A stretch of 64,000 bases of DNA from Candidatus Pacearchaeota archaeon (GTDB lineage Archaea; Nanobdellota; Nanobdellia; Pacearchaeales; GW2011-AR1). Both the position numbers and the translations under genes were made by a program. The DNA is taken from assembly GCA_019659125.1 (NCBI GenBank), contig JAIFVX010000001.1, forward strand, positions 118,097-182,096, written 5' to 3'. The stretch's first letter is position 1. Every line of letters begins with the position of its first letter. Shown piece after piece: positions 59,416 through 64,000 of the stretch. The notes beneath the pieces were generated by a model. That model did no database searches and was not told where the DNA came from. It saw nothing but the letters and a program-made list of their open reading frames with translations.

Positions 59416-60463
59416 TTGTCACGTCCACACGCGAGATTTCAAGGAAACACATAAGGAAACGATACAACATTCCTTAGAGGTAGCCAGAGATTCGGGGCTT
59501 GATGCTATCTATGCTATAGGAAATACAAAACCGACGACCGACAATGAAGAGATGATTCTGGATACGAAACAACGAGTGAAAGAGGCGAACGTTCCAGAAG
59601 TTAGATATGGCGTTTATCTTCTCGTAGATGGCACTGCTGAGCAGATGAAAAGAGTAACTGGTCTTTACAGAAGACATTGGCCATTCGTCGTAGGGCTAAA
59701 GATGTTTGCAGGAGATTCCACCAATCATAATGGAGTGACTCTTGAAGGCCAATATACAGTCTTTGAGATAGCTGCCAAAGAAGGATTTGATGGAGTGCTA
59801 GGTGTTCACTGTGAGAGAAGTGATATGATGAAATCTGGTCTTTGGATTCCTTCAAACCCCATTACTCATTGTTTTGCACGACCTGCAGAAGCAGAAATAG
59901 CAAGTGTAGCTGATGAGATATATTTCGCCACAACAACTAAATTTCCTGGTAAGCTTCACATTCTCCATGTTTCTGCTCCTGAGAGTATAGAAAAAATAGT
60001 CAATGCGAAAGATCAAGGTTTAGATATTTCGTGCGGAGTTTGCCCCCATCACTTCTTTTATGACTGGAGCCAGATGTATAACGAGCAAGGAATACTCTGG
60101 AAGATGAACCCTCCCCTACGAGAACCGGGAAGCCAGCAGAAAATGTTGGCCCATCTTAAGGTGGGAAATATCGACTGGATAGAGACCGATCATGCACCAC
60201 ATACTTTAAATGAAAAGACCAAGCATGATGGAAAGCAAGGGTATTTGTCAGGGATTCCTGGACTCCCCTGGTGGCCGTACTTTGAAGAATTCCTCTGGAA
60301 ACAAGGATTCACTGAGAAAAGAATTCAGGAAGTAACATTCTCAAACGTGAGAGACAGATTTGGTATTGATATTCCGGAGACTAAAAGAGAAATAAAAGAC
60401 AGACGAACAGACTATCCATTTAATCCCTATTGGGCACTTGAGCGTCAGCTCGGCTATCACTAG
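59405..60463 (+). CDS. pyrC: dihydroorotase-like amidohydrolase
   Basis: MYIDCHVHTRDF (HxH), LKMF, HCE, HILHVS, and ETDHAPHT. Overlaps the pyrD-like gene by 11 nt. Confidence 0.7.
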   Translation: MYIDCHVHTRDFKETHKETIQHSLEVARDSGLDAIYAIGNTKPTTDNEEMILDTKQRVKEANVPEVRYGVYLLVDGTAEQMKRVTGLYRRHWPFVVGLKMFAGDSTNHNGVTLEGQYTVFEIAAKEGFDGVLGVHCERSDMMKSGLWIPSNPITHCFARPAEAEIASVADEIYFATTTKFPGKLHILHVSAPESIEKIVNAKDQGLDISCGVCPHHFFYDWSQMYNEQGILWKMNPPLREPGSQQKMLAHLKVGNIDWIETDHAPHTLNEKTKHDGKQGYLSGIPGLPWWPYFEEFLWKQGFTEKRIQEVTFSNVRDRFGIDIPETKREIKDRRTDYPFNPYWALERQLGYH

Positions 60464-60493
60464 AATTATAAAACATCGTCTTCTTAAGAATGA

Positions 60494-61438
60494 ATGAAAA
60501 CTCTAAAAATAGGCAATGTAAGAATTCCTAACCCTATCTTCTTATCCCCTATGGTGGAAGTGACTGATCTTCCCTATCGATTGATATGCCGAAAAGCAGG
60601 AGCAGGCATGGCGTATATCGAAATGCTGTATGTGAATGCCATTCTCCACACCAATAAGAAAACACAGAATCTTATGAAAACATCAAAGGAAGATAGACCT
60701 TCAGGCATACAAATTACCGGAAACACTCCAGAGGAATTCAAGAAAGTCATTCCTCATCTTAAACCCTATGATATCGTTGATATCAATTGCGGATGCCCAT
60801 CAATAAGGATCGTGGGAAGCCAAGCAGGAAGTTTTCTTCTCAAGACTCCTAAAAAAATAGAATCCATGATAAGGATATTGAAAGATGCGGGTTTGACGAC
60901 AACAGCAAAGATACGTCTGGGATTCAACAAGAATAATGTCCTGAAAGTCTCAAAACTTATCGAAAAGGCTGGGGCTGATGCACTCACCATCCATGCACGA
61001 CTTGCAGTCCATAGGAATCATATTCCTGCAGAATGGAGCTGGATCAAAAAGGTGAAAGATAATCTTGGAATCCCCGTCATAGGCAATGGCGACATAGTAA
61101 ACGGGGAGAGTGCAGCAAAGATGCTTGACATCGCTGATGGGGCTATGATCGCCAGGGCAGCTTTAGGTGATCCAACCATATTCTCACGAGTTGCCTACTA
61201 TCTCAAGACTAGAAAAGAGAAGGAATTTGACTTTAAAGAGAACATTCGTTACTTTAACAGATATCTTCAATTAGCGAAGAAATATGATGTTATAGACCTC
61301 AACAGGATAAAGTACCTAGGAACTAACTTCATTAAGAGTATTCAAGGAGCGGCAAGTTTACGTCAACAGTTTATGGGTCTTAAGACTTTTAATGAAATAC
61401 AAGATTTCTCAAAGTCACTTGAAGAGAAAGAAGTATGA
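60494..61438 (+). CDS. tRNA-dihydrouridine synthase (Dus family)
   Basis: LSPMVEVTDLPYRLICRKAGAGMAY.EM, DINCGCP, K.RLG, LTIHAR, GNGDI. Confidence 0.85.
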   Translation: MKTLKIGNVRIPNPIFLSPMVEVTDLPYRLICRKAGAGMAYIEMLYVNAILHTNKKTQNLMKTSKEDRPSGIQITGNTPEEFKKVIPHLKPYDIVDINCGCPSIRIVGSQAGSFLLKTPKKIESMIRILKDAGLTTTAKIRLGFNKNNVLKVSKLIEKAGADALTIHARLAVHRNHIPAEWSWIKKVKDNLGIPVIGNGDIVNGESAAKMLDIADGAMIARAALGDPTIFSRVAYYLKTRKEKEFDFKENIRYFNRYLQLAKKYDVIDLNRIKYLGTNFIKSIQGAASLRQQFMGLKTFNEIQDFSKSLEEKEV

Positions 61439-61475
61439 GACACGAAACCCTTATAATACTCTAGTGATTCCTTGA

Positions 61476-62813
61476 ATGATGTTAAAACTTTACAATACTC
61501 TCACAAGAAAAAAAGAAACATTCAAGCCCATAAATAAAGGAGAGGTAAAGATGTATGTCTGTGGCCCTACTGTCAATGATGTCCCTCATTTAGGGCATGC
61601 ACGGCAGCAGATAACTTTTGATGTTCTACGAAGATATCTCACAAGTCAGGAATACAAGGTCACCTTTGTATCAAATGTAACAGATATTGATGACAAAATT
61701 ATTAACAAAGCTCATGAGCTTAAAGAAGACATAAAGAAGCTGGTGGAAAGAAACACTCAAGCGCACAGGCATGATTACGCAGAGATAGGTGTAATTGATC
61801 CCGATATACAGCCAAAAGCAACACAATACGTAAAAGAAATGGTAGAACTCATTTCCACATTGGAGAAAAAGGGGTATACATACACCATTGATGACGGTGT
61901 TTATTATGACATATCAAAATTCAAAGAGTATGGTAAGTTATCACACCAGAATATTGAGAACCTTAAACAGGGAGCAAGAATAAAAGTCAAAGAGCAAAAG
62001 AAAAACAAGGAAGATTTCGTACTATGGAAGTTCAGCAAGCCAGGAGAGCCTTCATGGGATTCTCCATGGGGTGCAGGCAGACCTGGATGGCATATTGAAT
62101 GTTCTGCAATGTCTCACGCATTGCTCGGTCTCCCTTTAGACATCCATGGAGGTGGACAGGATTTGATGTTTCCCCATCATGAGGATGAGATTGCGCAGTC
62201 AGAGGCAGCATATGGCAAAAAACTTGCCAATTACTGGGTACATAATGGGATGCTTAATGTTGACAAAGTGAAGATGAGCAAAAGCCTGGGAAATTTCAAG
62301 ACTATACGAGATATTCTTAAGAATTATTCAGGCAATGTTATCCGTTATTTGGTGCTTTCAACCCACTATAGAAAACCAAGCGACTTTTCTCAAGCATTGC
62401 TAGAAGATGCAAGTAACGCATATACAAGGCTCAAGAATATCATCAAAGACATCCCGCATGAAGACTCTGATGATGCACGATTCAACGAGGGCTATCTCAA
62501 GGATTTTAAAAAGGCAATGGATGATGATTTGAACACACCAAAAGCCTTGCAAGTGTTATGGAAACTCCTAAGAGATGAAAAGGCCCATGGCAAAATAAGT
62601 ACTGTATGGAAAATAGATGAAGTGCTCGGTCTTAATCTATTGAAAAAAGAAACAATAAATATTCCTCATGAAATCCAGACACTTGCACATGAACGTGAAA
62701 CAGCACGAAAGAATAAAGACTGGAAAATGGCTGACAAGCTCCGTGACACCATCAAGAAGAAAGGATACCTCATAGAAGACACTGAAACAGGCCCACGAAT
62801 TATTCCTCTCTAA
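61476..62813 (+). CDS. cysS: cysteinyl-tRNA synthetase
   Basis: LYNTLTRKKE.F.P, YVCGPTVNDVPHLGHAR (HIGH), GWHIECSAM, KMSKSLGN. Confidence 0.9.
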   Translation: MMLKLYNTLTRKKETFKPINKGEVKMYVCGPTVNDVPHLGHARQQITFDVLRRYLTSQEYKVTFVSNVTDIDDKIINKAHELKEDIKKLVERNTQAHRHDYAEIGVIDPDIQPKATQYVKEMVELISTLEKKGYTYTIDDGVYYDISKFKEYGKLSHQNIENLKQGARIKVKEQKKNKEDFVLWKFSKPGEPSWDSPWGAGRPGWHIECSAMSHALLGLPLDIHGGGQDLMFPHHEDEIAQSEAAYGKKLANYWVHNGMLNVDKVKMSKSLGNFKTIRDILKNYSGNVIRYLVLSTHYRKPSDFSQALLEDASNAYTRLKNIIKDIPHEDSDDARFNEGYLKDFKKAMDDDLNTPKALQVLWKLLRDEKAHGKISTVWKIDEVLGLNLLKKETINIPHEIQTLAHERETARKNKDWKMADKLRDTIKKKGYLIEDTETGPRIIPL

Positions 62814-62861
62814 GATAGTACATAAATCCTTAAATATTCTTATACGAAGATATCTTGAAGA

Positions 62862-63281
62862 GTGATTAAAATGACTGGTAGACCGAGCTTAACTGTGGGA
62901 GCGATCATTCGCAACCATGAAGAAAAGATACTCCTTTTGAAGTCTCCTAAATGGCAAGGCAAGTATATATTTCCCTGCGGTCATGTAGAGTCTAAAGAAA
63001 GACTTGAAGATGCTCTAAGAAGAGAAGTGCGCGAAGAGACTGGACTCGAAATATACGATATAGAATTCCTACGACCGTATGAATACATCAATCCTCTAGA
63101 ATTTCACAAGCCTGAAATTCACTGTGTTGGACTGCAGTATATATGTCGAACACATAATAAAGATGTAAGACTCAATAACGAAGCCGATGATTATTATTGG
63201 GCATCCCCCCATGAAGCACTACAACTTAATGTCGAGACTTCCACGAAAGAGACGATAGAATATTACATAAAAGCAGCGTAG
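62862..63281 (+). CDS. Nudix hydrolase
   Basis: Nudix box CGHVESKERLEDALRREVREETGL. Confidence 0.8.
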   Translation: MIKMTGRPSLTVGAIIRNHEEKILLLKSPKWQGKYIFPCGHVESKERLEDALRREVREETGLEIYDIEFLRPYEYINPLEFHKPEIHCVGLQYICRTHNKDVRLNNEADDYYWASPHEALQLNVETSTKETIEYYIKAA

Positions 63282-63329
63282 ATATCGGATGTACGATAGA
63301 TTTAAATACCACATATACTTAAAAGGGAT

Positions 63330-63959
63330 ATGAAAGCACAATCAAATATGGACTGGAGCAAGCCAGCCTCTCAAGAATCAGTACATAAAGCAATTGAATC
63401 CTTGAAAAAGAATGGTATCGAAGCCGAATTCACCTCTAATCGGGAAGAAGCTAAAAAGCGCGCTCTTGCGTTAATTCCTCATGGTGCCGAGATAATGACC
63501 ATGACCTCAGTTACTTTAACAGAAGCTGGAATTGAGCAAGAAATAGACAACTCTGGAAAATATAATTCTGTAAGAAAAAAGCTTGCAACTATGGATAGAA
63601 AAACAAAAAGCAGGGAAATGCAAATGCTGGGGGCAGCTCCTGAATATGTGATAGGAAGTGTCCATGCAGTTACCGAGAATGGAGATATCCTTGTAGCCTC
63701 AAATACAGGAAGTCAACTTCCAGCCTATGCTTACGGATCAGATCATGTTATCCTTGTTGTGGGAACTCAGAAAATAGTGAAAGATATGGATGCAGCCATG
63801 AAACGTCTGTATGAATATACCTTGCCTTTAGAAAGCGAGCGGGCAAAAAAGGCATATGGGGTGCCAGGAAGTTTTGTAAGCAAGATCTTGATTTTCCACC
63901 GAGAAGTCAAGCCGCAACGAATTCACGTTATCTTTGTCAACGAAAATATAGGATTCTAA
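63330..63959 (+). CDS. LUD-domain (LutC/YkgG-like, DUF162) protein
   Basis: 209 aa. ..GSVHAVTENGDILVASNTGSQLPAYAYGSDHVILVVGTQKIV.DMDAAMKRL fits the LUD domain core. Confidence 0.6.
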   Translation: MKAQSNMDWSKPASQESVHKAIESLKKNGIEAEFTSNREEAKKRALALIPHGAEIMTMTSVTLTEAGIEQEIDNSGKYNSVRKKLATMDRKTKSREMQMLGAAPEYVIGSVHAVTENGDILVASNTGSQLPAYAYGSDHVILVVGTQKIVKDMDAAMKRLYEYTLPLESERAKKAYGVPGSFVSKILIFHREVKPQRIHVIFVNENIGF

Positions 63960-64000
63960 AACCAATAGTGTGCAATATTGATATCTTTAATCGTCCGGAA

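Overview
This AT-rich, gene-dense 64-kb window is archaeal, and I infer it comes from an uncultivated DPANN-like lineage. The support is direct. It carries the archaeal information-processing clusters L7Ae-S28e-L24e, Rpo7(RpoE')-Spt4-S24e-S27ae and S6e...aIF2-gamma, plus aIF5B and Kae1. It has three tRNAs, one with a 47-nt anticodon-loop intron and an apparent UAU anticodon, and a bacterial-type gyrB fragment at the left edge. Most genes look leaderless, with a TTTAAATA or TTTATATA box about 20-25 nt upstream of the start codon. Only a few have a GGAGGT Shine-Dalgarno sequence. Housekeeping genes include hisS, cysS, scpA, pyrD/pyrC-like genes, a Dus-like gene, an Obg/YchF-type GTPase, a rhomboid protease, an M16 peptidase and two Nudix hydrolases. 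About one third of the window encodes sequon-rich (N-x-S/T) cell-surface proteins. The most unusual locus is 4.6-16.4 kb. It holds two tandem two-gene cassettes, each a secreted dockerin-like/beta-helix protein followed by a membrane-anchored beta-helix protein. Their junctions are a perfect 118-bp repeat carrying a promoter and a 10-codon mini-ORF. The cassettes are followed on the same strand by MoxR-DUF58-vWA. A 2681-aa surface giant (31.4-39.4 kb) embeds a metallophosphoesterase between LamG-like and Ig-like repeats. Other items worth a second look:
- a toxin cassette flanked by 25-bp direct repeats that duplicate the 3' end of rps6e
- two paralogous promoter-driven candidate small RNAs
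- an RRM protein, a PC4-like ssDNA-binding protein and a UvrD/Cas4-like helicase-nuclease fusion, all atypical for archaea
- a tandem kinase pair in which one copy has a dead P-loop
- a tRNA-bounded accessory island.
I saw no CRISPR array, rRNA, transposase or integrase. All family assignments come from reading motifs by eye, with no database search. Coordinates I derived by hand may be off by 1-2 nt.
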